Source of the DNA: Vicugna vicugna
Lineage: Eukaryota
Length of the DNA stretch: 34,352 nt
Reading direction: 5' to 3'
Assembly (NCBI GenBank): GCA_013265495.1
Contig: MU058337.1
Span: forward strand, 1,854,777-1,889,128
Shown: positions 24,215-34,352 of the stretch, piece by piece
Layout of the letters: each line of letters opens with the position of its first letter
Position numbering within the stretch: the stretch's first letter is position 1
Program-made: the position numbers and the translations under genes
The notes under the pieces: generated by a model
Database searches by the model: none
Told to the model about the DNA's origin: nothing
Seen by the model: only the letters and a program-made list of their open reading frames with translations

Positions 24215-25225
24215 ACAGGCATGTACCTGGTCACCAGGCTACAAACTCAGTTACCTTTGATTCCTCATTCTCCTCACACTCACCATCAGTCACTAAGTTG
24301 AACGGTGCCACCTTGCAAAATAGATTTCAAAACCCTCTCCCTGTCTTCTTACCACCTTTGATTCCTGTTTGGTTCCATCACCTTTGGTGAGCCCTAACTT
24401 GAATCTATCCTGTTCTTTTGGCAAGGCTTGTAGTCTCTACATATGTATTAATTTAATACAGTCATCTTGACACTGATGGTACAAAAAGACCTATTTGCAG
24501 CCATTTTGGTGTGGGGAAGGTTGGAAAATGAAACATCAAAATTCCTTCATTTGTTCCTTTTTTATTAAGGATCACCTTCAACAGACACCCTGATGTCACC
24601 CTGAGCTCTACCTGTCCTTGATTCTTATGACATCCCTGACCAGTCGGTACCATCCCCGCTCACCCCGTACCTCAGCCTACCTGAGTCCAAACTTTGCTTC
24701 ATCCCAGGAAACCTTACTCGTTCCGTTTTTTCCATTAAAAAAAAAAAAGATCACTGTTCCATAGATGATGGCTTCTCAAAACCTGCAGGATGAATCTCCG
24801 CCTTCTAAATGCAGTTGTGAGGATCTCTAGCACCTGTTGCATCCCTCATTGTCAGATCCCTCTCCTCCTCATTTACACTCTTACATCCTAATTTCTCCAA
24901 ATCAGTTCATTTTTCTGGAACCTCTGCCTTTTCCCATCTCATTCCTTTTGACTAGGAAATCCTCTTTATGCCCCATCTCCTGATGAAATCTTTTCCTCTC
25001 CTGATTCCTTGTAGTACAATGGCTCCTGACGCTATAAGGCAAAATTACTTCCAGAAGCAGTGTCAGTTTGTACTGAAGCCCCTTCGGTTGTCTGCCCGTG
25101 CCGTTGTCAGCTGTGTATGCCTCTCTCCCCTCTCCAGGGGGGCGGTGAACACCCAGGGAGCAGGGACCGTGACCGTCTTTGGGTATTCCCCGTGGGGTAT
25201 AACTGTTGAGTGTTTCTTTGAATGT
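24215..25225 (+). mobile_element. Fragmented L2
   Basis: CT-rich, with TACCTTTGATTCCTCATTCTCCTCACAC...CAGTCACTAAG and a 3' end CCCAGGGAGCAGGGACCGTG...TGTTTCTTTGAATG. Confidence 0.55.
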
Positions 25226-26793
25226 TTTATTTTAGGCAAAAAGGTTAGGCCACCACCACCAAGCATTTTAGCAAAATAATAAACAGTTTGCACTTAGAAA
25301 GACGTCCTGTGCTATGGCTGATTTTGTGCGGACCGCTCTCAGGCTGTGCCTGTGAGAAAGCACTACTCCTTTCCCCCGTGAATGAGGGAAAAACCAAAAG
25401 GGACCACTATACGACTTGCTAAGAAGATGTTACACTGTTTCTGTTAACAGGAAACCTGGCAGGCTGTATCTCTCTTAATTTGTTAATTTTTCCTTTTGCT
25501 TCTCCGCTGTTTGTACAATTGTCCCTAGAGTGTGAGATACGGTAAAGAGGAAAATGTGTATGAAAATGTCAATTAAAAAACTCTCCATATGATGTGCCGT
25601 TTATACTGACAAAGAATTTTTATAAAGAAAAATCTTCCACATTAGTATCATTTGTACCTGCATTATTCTTGGAAAAGCATGAATTAAGGTGTTGTCAAGG
25701 AGTGCTAGTATTTTTGGTCTAGAAAGGCTTTGCCTAAGATGGTTTTGGATTATTTGTATTGTAACTTAATTTAAACTTTTGCTGAATTGGGAGAATGGAA
25801 TTGTCACGTTTGGCAAGTCAATCATACTTAGGAGCTAGTTGCTTTCAGAACGATGACACCTGAAGGAATAAGGAGGACGCTTCAGTTCTGTTTGCCGCCC
25901 ACCGCCTCACCACCACAGGGGCTTTGGCTGGACATTGTGTTAACTACCGAACACGACTGCCTTGCTCTTGTCCCCCCAAACCTGCCTACCCCGAAGTCAC
26001 GCCTGGTGGCCCGGTCTGCAGTTGTCTGTGTTTTATTGACATATTGCATTCGTACTCCTAACTTTCAGTTGTAATCTCTCAAATGTTAGTGTGATAGATG
26101 AATAAGTCTACTTGATAGTGTTTAGGAAGCTGGTCAATAACCATAAAAATGGACAGATGGACTGTTTTAGTCAATTACAGTTATTTTCAGTATGAGTTCA
26201 AATGTTAGACATCTCTTGTGTAGTCTGAATTATTTTAGGTAGTCAAAGGCTGAATCTAGTGAAACCATGACATACAGTTTTGGCACTGGGCTGCAAGGCA
26301 GCAGAATGTGAATGTTAAAATGATAGTCATATGTGACATAAAATGTCACTTCATTCAGACCCTCGGTTATCAGGATGACCTGGTTAACCTGCTGACACTT
26401 CATTTGGGACAGGAACCCACTGCTCTTTGGAGCTGCCCTACCATGTATCACACGCTGTTCCTTTCATCTGGTTGTCCATTTGATCCAGGACGTAGCTCAT
26501 TCATACTTAAATTACAAAAAAAAAAAATTCACCTCCCTCGAGTTAGGGAAAAAAAATCTTATGTTCTTGGACATAACTAGCTTCAGGAAATTATGAGTGG
26601 AGTTGGAATCAAGACCTCAGGAACTTAATATTGGGCCTCTTAAGTTCTTTTTCTTTTTTGGTGCAAAGACCAGTAAACTTATATTTGACATTGGTGAGTT
26701 TGCTCTGTGTGACAAGTTCAGTAATGAGCGCGGTGCTTTTTTATCTAAATCTGCTGTTACTGTTTTGAAACAATGCCAGCGCTGATCTCAAGT

Positions 26794-26835
26794 GACTAGA
26801 TAAACTACTGAATGAATGAGCGACTAGATAAACTA
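26794..26835. repeat. Short direct duplication (14-mer)
   Basis: GACTAGATAAACTA occurs at 26794-26807 and 26822-26835. Confidence 0.85.
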
Positions 26836-28474
26836 TTGTTTTAGGTTAAAAAGAACCAAAACATTTTTGGCGCTTGCATTGGATTATGTCACTGTCACAT
26901 AGACAGCATTTGAAGGTCAGGTTTGTGGGTTTGTGGTGCAGAGGAGGGAGCACAGAGTGGGAATGCGTGTTTACATTGTCCTTGTCACATTTTGTTCTAC
27001 CTAAATTAATATGCCCTTCAAAATAGCAAAAATTTAATTCATTACATTCCTTGTTAGCTAACGTGGCTGCAATGGATGTGCTGGTTTACTGATTACAAAT
27101 GGAAATAATCTGTAACATTTTAATTGGACTGTGCAGCTCTCCCCTCCTATGGTGTGATACTTCTCTCTGCAAAGTTTTAAACCCTTAAAAATCTGACTTA
27201 ATTGTGAAGGATATTCTTAAGACTCATTTGAGAAGAGCAGTGGGGAGTGTATAAATTCTGTTTTTGTCAGAATCGATGCACAAACCTGATTAGATCATGT
27301 AAAGGTGACTTTTCTTCAAGAACAGAGGCAACATTTTTTTGGAGGGGGTGGGCGGGGGACCCAGAAATGAGCAGGCCCGGCCAGGATGCCTTTTGTGGCT
27401 GCATTAGAGAAGGAGTGGTTAAAAGTGCCACTTCACGGACTGCCCAGCCCTACGCCTGGCGACCTGGGGGTGAGGGCCTGGGAGCCGTCGCTTTAGCTGA
27501 GCCCCCCGAGCACCGGCCCCCGCCCTGGAGTTAGGGAGTCCTTAACTGAACAGGAACAGAGTTGGAGCTGGATAGTAAGATGGTCCCAGTAAGGGGCGCT
27601 TCTGGTTGAAACGGAACCCAACTGTCTGCAGATGCACAGCTTCCGCCTGGCATGGCTGGTTTGCTTTTAAGTAACTCTTGGTTATTTCTAGCAGCTCTAA
27701 AAACCTGCTTCAACCAGATGCCTCCCAGACAGTCAGGCAGACCTGGTCCCCGTGAGGTAGCCACCCTGTGGTCCTGCTGCCTCTCACTTTCCATTTTACT
27801 GCCCACCCCACCCTGGGAGGGACCTCACTGCCACCCCCGCCCATGGCAATGCCAGTGGTCAAGGTAAGAGACAGGTGTGTCCAGGCCTCTCCTTCCTCAG
27901 GGCGCTGACTTCTGGGCCCGGGCCCAACAGTCTCTGAATCATACTTACAGCCTCGGTCACAAAGTCCCACTGGGACTCTGAGCAGCTCCATCCCAAGTGA
28001 CCTGGCCCTGCCAGGCACTGGGGCCTGGAACCCAGGCTGCAGGACGACCCAATGGAGGAAAGAACATATTTCCAGCCTGTTTTCTCCCCGCCCCTACCCC
28101 AGTTTAAGTTCTTCCTTCATCAAAACTCATCATCACTACTTACAGATTAAAGAAACCTTTTTTTTTTTGCATTTGACTGGAGCTGTGTGTGTGTGTGTTG
28201 TTACAAGTAGATCTTGATCAGTGCCTTGGAAAAAGTGAGCAACAGGCAATTTTCATACCTTGCAATTAAGGGTAAGTTTTTCAATCACGAAAGCCAAGCA
28301 GGTGTCTGGTGCCTTCTGATATAATGTGTTGAAAAATCACATGGCTCATCTGGCAGTAATATCACCCAATGTTGTTATTCAAAGGAATTAATATATGTAC
28401 GGCAATAAAGAACTTAAGGTTGAATATGTAAAAGGTCAATAAGAGGAAATGGCCAAAGATCACTCATATAAAAT

Positions 28475-28673
28475 CAGGGATGTGCTGTTAAACATTTACC
28501 GACTGGCCCTCCCCGCCTCCCCGCCATAACACTAGCCCTGACTTGTAGCATCGGCCAGTTTCTGTTGTCTAAATATTCCTGCCGTGGTCAATTTACACTA
28601 TCAACATGACTTCAGCTGGCTTGTAAAATTTCTAAACATTTAATAATTGCCCTCGCTGGCCACCACACCACTG
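28475..28673 (-). mobile_element. MER63-like hAT-Blackjack DNA transposon
   Basis: The termini CAGGGATGTGCTG and CACCACACCACTG form degenerate TIRs. The internal AGCCCTGACTTGTAGCATCGGCCAGTTTCTG matches the MER63 reverse complement. Confidence 0.75.
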
Positions 28674-28859
28674 GGTTCGGAGTAAAGGAAATACAGCAGC
28701 AATGGAAGCAAATGTCCACTTGCGACATTACAGGCACAGGGACAATGGACTTCTCTCCAAAGACAATGCGGGTGAAAGGTGAGGACTTCCCCAGGAAGCC
28801 GTGCGGAGCTGCCGTCTCGCTGGGGCAGCACTGCCTCCTGGAGGACTGACTTCTCTTCC

Positions 28860-28980
28860 AGGGAGCTTTGTGTGGGGGCGGCGGTTCTTGTTGTCACCAT
28901 GAACTGGGGGTCATGACAAGGATATTAGGCACCCTGAAAAGATCAGGTCCATATTACACGACAACAAATTACCCAGAGTT
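28860..28980. mobile_element. MER20-like relic
   Basis: TTCTTGTTGTCACCATGAACTGGGGG...CACGACAACAAATTACCCAG resembles MER20. Confidence 0.4.
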
Positions 28981-29834
28981 TTGCAGAAATGTCTGTCTTA
29001 CCAGATAATTTTAAGCGTTGTTTTTTTTTTTTAACCTGCAAGATTATCTAAACCTAGAACTTAGCTCTGTTTTGTGTCTTGTGTTTCTTGAAGTGGCTTT
29101 CATAGTGGATTTTCTAGGAATGCAGCTCTTGTGTAAAATGAGGTATATTTGCATTTCTTGGCTCAAAACGTTACTGAGAGCCATTTATCATCCACGTCAG
29201 GGTGGCAGCGGCACTCGTGGGCTCTAAGGTAACACACCTGCACCAGGATCTGTGACTCTTACAGCCGGCATGTTTCTGTGTCGAATGTAAACATTATAGA
29301 CATTTTAAAGAGTAATATATATGCAAGTATGTCGTATTATGAACTTTACTTCAGGATGGGGAAAGAGAAATTCTGTAGCAGAGTAGAATTTATAGTAGGA
29401 TTATTGCTGACCGCTTGTCAAAAATTGCCTGAATTGGTGCCTGGGCTGGTCATCCTGAAATCAGTCCAAAAGCCAGATGGAGCAGGGGCAGCCCAGAGGG
29501 CCTAACGAAAAATTGTGCTCTGTTCGAAGCTTAAGTGCAAAAGGTAACCAGAGTTTAGTTATTGCCTGAGCTCCTACGTTTTTGGAATATGATGTGACCC
29601 AAACTTGGTAAATAAATTTAAATACAAATTAAATTATTGTAAGTAGAAGGGAGTCACGATAACTATTCACCATAGAAACATAAGACAGATGAAAATAAAA
29701 TGGATACGTGCACATGATTATATAAACATTATATAAAATTGCCATAAGATTAGGAAAGATAGAAAAGACAACAGTTTGGTCATGCCGGGTCACGTAACTT
29801 GTGCAAGTGTGTGTCTGTGTAGATGTGCACGTGC

Positions 29835-29960
29835 GTCTGAGCTCTTTGAGACTAAAACCCAGGAGAAGGTTATTTGTATTCCCAGCAGTTAGTAGGGCGC
29901 CTGGCACAGAGCGGAAACTCTAGAAGCGTTCCATACACTCACGTGTGTCTGAATGAATGC
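29835..29960 (+). mobile_element. L2 3' end
   Basis: CTGAGCTCTTTGAG...TGTATTCCCAGCAGTTAGTAGGGCGCCTGGCACAGAG...CTGAATGAATG. Confidence 0.7.
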
Positions 29961-30044
29961 CAGACTTGGGGAAAGCAGTATTTGGGTGGAATAGACGGTC
30001 TGAGCAGCTGATACTTTAGTGAATGGGGAATGCAGCTGCTGGAG

Positions 30045-30200
30045 GGCTGTACTTTGGCAAATTGTAATGTGCATAAAATCTTGTTAAAATCTAGACTACG
30101 ACTCAGTAGGTCTGAGATGAAGCCGGAGGTTTTACATGTTTACTGAGTTACCAGATTACGCCACGGTTCTGCTCGTGGTCCACACCGCGATTAGCGAGGC
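30045..30200. mobile_element. MER5-family hAT element
   Basis: AAATTGTAATGTGCATAAAATCTTGTTAAAAT...GACTCAGTAGGTCTGAGATGAAGCC...GTGGTCCACACC. Confidence 0.7.
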
Positions 30201-31654
30201 TTGGGGTTTTGCACTGAGCGTCCGTTGTTCTGTACCTGTGGGTCAGAGCTGGTGCGTCCACAAGGAGAAAAATTACATGAGATAATGAATTTCTTTTACT
30301 TTTGATAATGGAATACTTCATAGTATATGAACACACTCCAGCTTATCCATTGTGGTGCTGAAAAATGTTTGGGTGGTTTCAACTTTTTCTCTTTGCTGTC
30401 ACAGTCACGAAGGTGCGAGCACCTGTCCAACGCACGTGCAAGGGTTTCGCTTTCTCTGCAGACTTGCTGGGTTGTAGGGCATGTAAATGTTAAACGTCTG
30501 TCGGATTGTGTTCCAAAGTGACGCTGAATCCTACCTCCACCAACACCGCTGGTATTTCCATCGGTCCCAGTACTCCATGACTTCATGTTGTCAAACTTTG
30601 TAATTTTGGCCATCTGAGAGGTACATTTCAGTGATTCCGAATGATTACGAATGAGGCAGAGAATCTTTTCACGTGTTTTTAGGCCATTTGCATGGATGGC
30701 TGTTCAGGTCCATTGCTATTGGATTTCTATACTTTTTTTTTTCTTAGTTATATCTCGGACTCTCTTCCACATTACAGAAACTAATCTATATTTTTGGTTA
30801 TATGCATTGCAGATACAATCTCTCAACTATGTCTTCCATAATCTTGTGACTTCTAGTTTACTGAAGTCTTAATGTCGGTCAAAGTCTGATTTTAAAGGGA
30901 ATACTTCAAAATGTTTACCATTAGGAATTGCAGTTGATCTAGATTTGTTTATAGGTGCCTTTATCTTGTTAAGGTATGTCTTGTTGGGTAACATTTCTTG
31001 TGTCATGTATGAGTGTTATTTTATCAAATGCATTTTCTCTATCTGTCGAGATGCTTATGTTGTTTGTTTTGATCTTTTAACATGGTGAATCATATTAAAA
31101 TTTTTTTCCCTTGCTTAGAACCTCACTCCTTTCTTTCCCAGTATAAACTCAATTTGGTCATTCTTTTTCTTTTTAATTTCATAACTCAATGTGGCTTGCT
31201 AACACATTATTTAGAAATCTTGCTTCTGTGTTCCCAGGTGAGATTAGTCTGAACTTCTTTCATGTCCTGACCTGTCTGCTTTGTGATCAAGGCAACAAAT
31301 ACAAACCTCAGGATATGAGCTGGAGAGGGACATCTATTTTCTGGAAGAATTTATACAAAAGTAGAATAATAGGGAAAAGTCCTATAAAACCATTTAGGCC
31401 AAATATTTTTTTTCTGGGGGAAAGATTTTAAACTACTTAAGAAAGTTTTTAAAATAAGGTAGAACACTTTCGGCTCTCAGGCTTTATGTTTCTCCTTGAA
31501 TCCATTTCTGAAAACTTGTATCTTTCTAATAACTTGTCCATTTAGTCTGTCTTCCAGTTTGCTGACATAGATTGTGCCTTAGTGTTCTTAGTGTTTCTTT
31601 AGGTTCTTTACCTGTGGTTGTGTCTCCCTTTTTGTCAGTGGTGTGGACTCTTTC

Positions 31655-32361
31655 TTTCTTTTCTTTCTAAATGCCTTTACTGTGGTGTGGTTCCTGCACA
31701 GTAAACTACACAGACTACAAATGTACAATTTGATGAATTTTGATAGATGCTTATACACCAATGACACCACCACCACAACCAAGACACCTGACATTCCCAT
31801 CACTCCCCAAGAGGTGCGGATTTCAAATTCCCAGTTTATCCTTTCCTACCCTCTTTGCCCACTGGTCACTGTAAGTTTTTCTCTATGTCTGTGAGTCTGT
31901 TTCTGTTTTATAGATAAGTTCATTTGTGTCCTTTTTTTTTTAAGCTTCCTAATATTAGTGATATCACATGGCATTTTTCTTTCTCTTGCTGACTTACTTC
32001 ACTTAGTATGACGATCTCCAGATCCATCCACGTTGCTGCAGATGGCATTATTTTATTCTTTTTTATGGCTGAGTAGTATTCCATTGTATATATACCACAT
32101 CTTCTTTATCCAGTCCTCTGTTGATGGGCTTGGGTTGTTTCCATGTCTTGGTTATTGTAAACAAGTGCTGCTATGAACATTGGTGTGCATGTGTCTTTTT
32201 GAATTATATTTTTCTCTGGGTATATGCCCAGGAGTGGGATTACCGGATCATATGGTAAGTCTGTTTTTAGTTTTTTAAGGACCCTCCATATTGTCCTCCC
32301 ATTAGTGGCTGCACCAATTTACATTCCCACTGGCAGCATAAGACAGTTCCTTTTTCTCCAA
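31655..32361 (-). mobile_element. Younger 5'-truncated L1 insertion with chimeric 3' end, bounded by a TSD
   Basis: A well-preserved antisense L1 (TTTATGGCTGAGTAGTATTCCATTG, TATGCCCAGGAGTGGGATT) spans about 31815-32361, and an L1M-type tail spans about 31665-31813. The TSD GGTGTGGACT(C/T)TTTC lies at 31640-31654 and 32362-32376. Confidence 0.85.
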
Positions 32362-32607
32362 GGTGTGGACTTTTTCTCTTTATGTTTATAGTTTACCCTT
32401 CTCATCAGAAGATTATCCATTTTACTAGTTTTCTTGGAGAGACAATTTGTGGTTTTCTTGATTCTCTGTATTGCCTATTTGTTTAAGGTATCTGTCCCAT
32501 CATTTCTTTTCTGTTGTAAAAATTTAAGAATCCAATAATTGAAATACTACTTTGAACCCTGCAAGTGTTAATATATATTTTATTATTATTATTATTTTTA
32601 CTTCAGA

Positions 32608-32696
32608 TTTTTTTTTTAATGGAAGTACTGAGGATTGAACCCAGGACCTCCTGCATGCTAAGCATGCACTCTACCACTGAGCCATACTCTTCCCCC
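32608..32696 (-). mobile_element. Short tRNA-derived SINE (Vic-1-like)
   Basis: The reverse complement reads GGGGGAAGAGTATGGCTCAGTGGTAGAGTGCATGCTTAGCATGCAGGAGGTCCTGGGTTCAATCCTCAGTACTTCCATTAAAA. It has A and B boxes and is homologous to the 17482 copy. Confidence 0.9.
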
Positions 32697-33835
32697 TTGA
32701 TTTTAAAATTATGTAGAACCATCTTAGATTTTTCAAATATACGGAGATTTTAAATTTACCTTTGTGTTAGTGTTATCTCATTCTTCTTTGTCATATAAGT
32801 CCTTTGAAATAGAGACTTTCTTATGAACTAATTGGACAATTGAAAAAATTTCCATGTGTTCTTGAGAAAAAAGCATATTTTTTCTGTGAGGTTGGAGGTA
32901 AATTCATCCCAACAGGTTTTTAGTTTACTCTTCACAAGTTTTCTGTGTCTTTACTCATACTTTTATCGTCTTGACCTGTCAGTACTTGAGATATCCTACT
33001 GTTGGAGACTTGCCAATATCTTGCTACAGTTCCACTAGGTTTTCCCACAGTTTTTTGTTTGTTTGTTTGTTTTGTTTTTTAATAAACCTGGCTAAGAGGC
33101 ATGATGTCTTTACTGGACTTTGAAGGCCTGGGGCATAACCTGTTATCCTCTTGTCCCCAGGGTGGTAGCTGTTGAATGAACAAATGAAGAAATGTTTTGG
33201 GAAGGCTGAATGGATTTCATAATCTGATTTTTTGTGCAAAATGGAATATTGCACTCACAAGAGAGAATCTGAAGACTGTCCAGGAAGGGACTATGTCTGA
33301 CAAAGCTTCCCATTAACCATCATTCACAACAGGCCAAAGATCTTGTAACATTAGTGAGGGGCCCTCTATCAAACCATGTTTCCTATCAGCCTGGGTTAGG
33401 GTTTCAGATGAAAGCAGTGGGAGTTCTAGAATTTGGAGTCATGCCTGTTAGTTAAGTGAAAGGCATTTCACACATCTGCTTTTATCAGTTTATTCATGCT
33501 GATAGGTGCTTTTAGAGGGAATTCACAGCTCGTGAAAGGCTCTGAATGAAAAGATCCAGCGAACAAAGTCTTCTGTTTATCTGTAGAATGTGCCTTAGGA
33601 AGGGTATTAGGAGCCCCACAAATTTCTCCTCTGTGTTTAAACACGTAAGTGGAAGAAGAGTAACCACCATTATTATTAAATTACTATTTTAAAAAAAGAA
33701 CTTCATTAGATTAAATCAGTATTGGGGCTCACATGTAGCTTCAGGGCACGTGATAATACTGAGGCTCGTTTTATAGGGGAAGCTAATTCTTCTTTAAATC
33801 ATTTGATGTACATTTAAAAATTTCAGACACTTTTA

Positions 33836-34352
33836 ACAAAAACCACATGATCACCTCAATTGATGCAGAAAAAGCATTTGATAAAATTCAGCACCCATTT
33901 ATGATAAAAATTCTCACCAAAGTGGGTATAGAGGGAACATATCTCAACATAATAAAAGCTATATATGACAAACCTACAGCCAGCATAGTTCTCAACGGTG
34001 AAAAACTCAAAAGCTTCCCACTAAAATCTGGGACAAGACAAGGATGCCCACTATCACCACTCCTATTCAACATAGTCCTGGAAGTCCTAGCCACAGCAAT
34101 CAGGCAAGAGAAAGAAAGAAAAGGGATCCAAATTGGAAAAGAAGAGGTAAAAGTGTCATTATATGCTGATGACATGTTACTATAGATAGAAAACCCTAAA
34201 AGGTCCACACAAAAGCTACTAGAGCTGATTGAAGAATTCAGCAAGGTAGCAGGTTACAAAATTAATGTTCAAAAATCAGTTGCATTTCTTTACACTAACG
34301 ATAAATCAACAGAAAAAGAAAGTAAAGAAACAATCCCCTTTAAAATAGCACC
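33836..34352 (+). mobile_element. Young 5'-truncated LINE-1; ORF2 RT-domain fragment with premature stop, running off the window
   Basis: The translation [18 protein letters not shown]...[18 protein letters not shown]...[13 protein letters not shown]...[14 protein letters not shown] is canonical L1 ORF2p RT. The TAG is at 34183-34185. Confidence 0.97.

Larger units (their letters stand above)
30290..33030 (-). mobile_element. Ancient, heavily deleted L1M(E)-type element interrupted by younger insertions
   Basis: T-rich antisense L1 segments appear in collinear order: TGTTTGGGTGGTTTCAACTTT, TCTTTTCACGTGTTTTTAGGCCATTTG, CTGATTTTAAAGGGAATACTTC, TTCTGGAAGAATTTATA and TCCATGTGTTCTTGAGAAAAAAGCATATTT. 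Confidence 0.75.

Noticed and set aside
25131..25146. CTCF-like TCTCCAGGGGGGCGG
   Set aside because: The six-G run breaks the motif spacing, and it lies inside an L2 tail.
33888..34244. 118-aa minus-strand ORF
   Set aside because: Antisense shadow of L1 ORF2.
1..34352. Prokaryotic-type systems (CRISPR arrays, operons, defence islands)
   Set aside because: The sequence is mammalian (L1, L2, MIR, SINE). There is no repeat-spacer array or dense coding structure.

Overview
Mammalian genomic DNA, probably camelid, judged from two Vic-1-like tRNA-derived SINEs. It looks intronic or intergenic. No host protein-coding gene is recognisable. The only ORF with clear homology is a 5'-truncated LINE-1 ORF2 reverse-transcriptase fragment at the right edge, which has a nonsense codon just after YADD. 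Much of the window is repeat-derived: L1 fragments of several ages, many L2 and MIR relics, MER5/MER63/MER20-like hAT elements and an MLT LTR end. Repeat families were assigned by eye from remembered consensus sequences, so boundaries are approximate. The best-supported unusual structure is a chimeric L1 insertion (31640-32376) with two different L1 3' segments inside one target-site duplication. More tentative are a chain of minus-strand exon-like units at 4.6-8.2 kb below a CpG-rich patch, a plus-strand promoter/exon chain at 27.3-28.8 kb, a terminal-exon-like unit holding a 67-aa ORF, and AP-1 and D-box motif clusters. I found no convincing evidence of a wholly new biological system.
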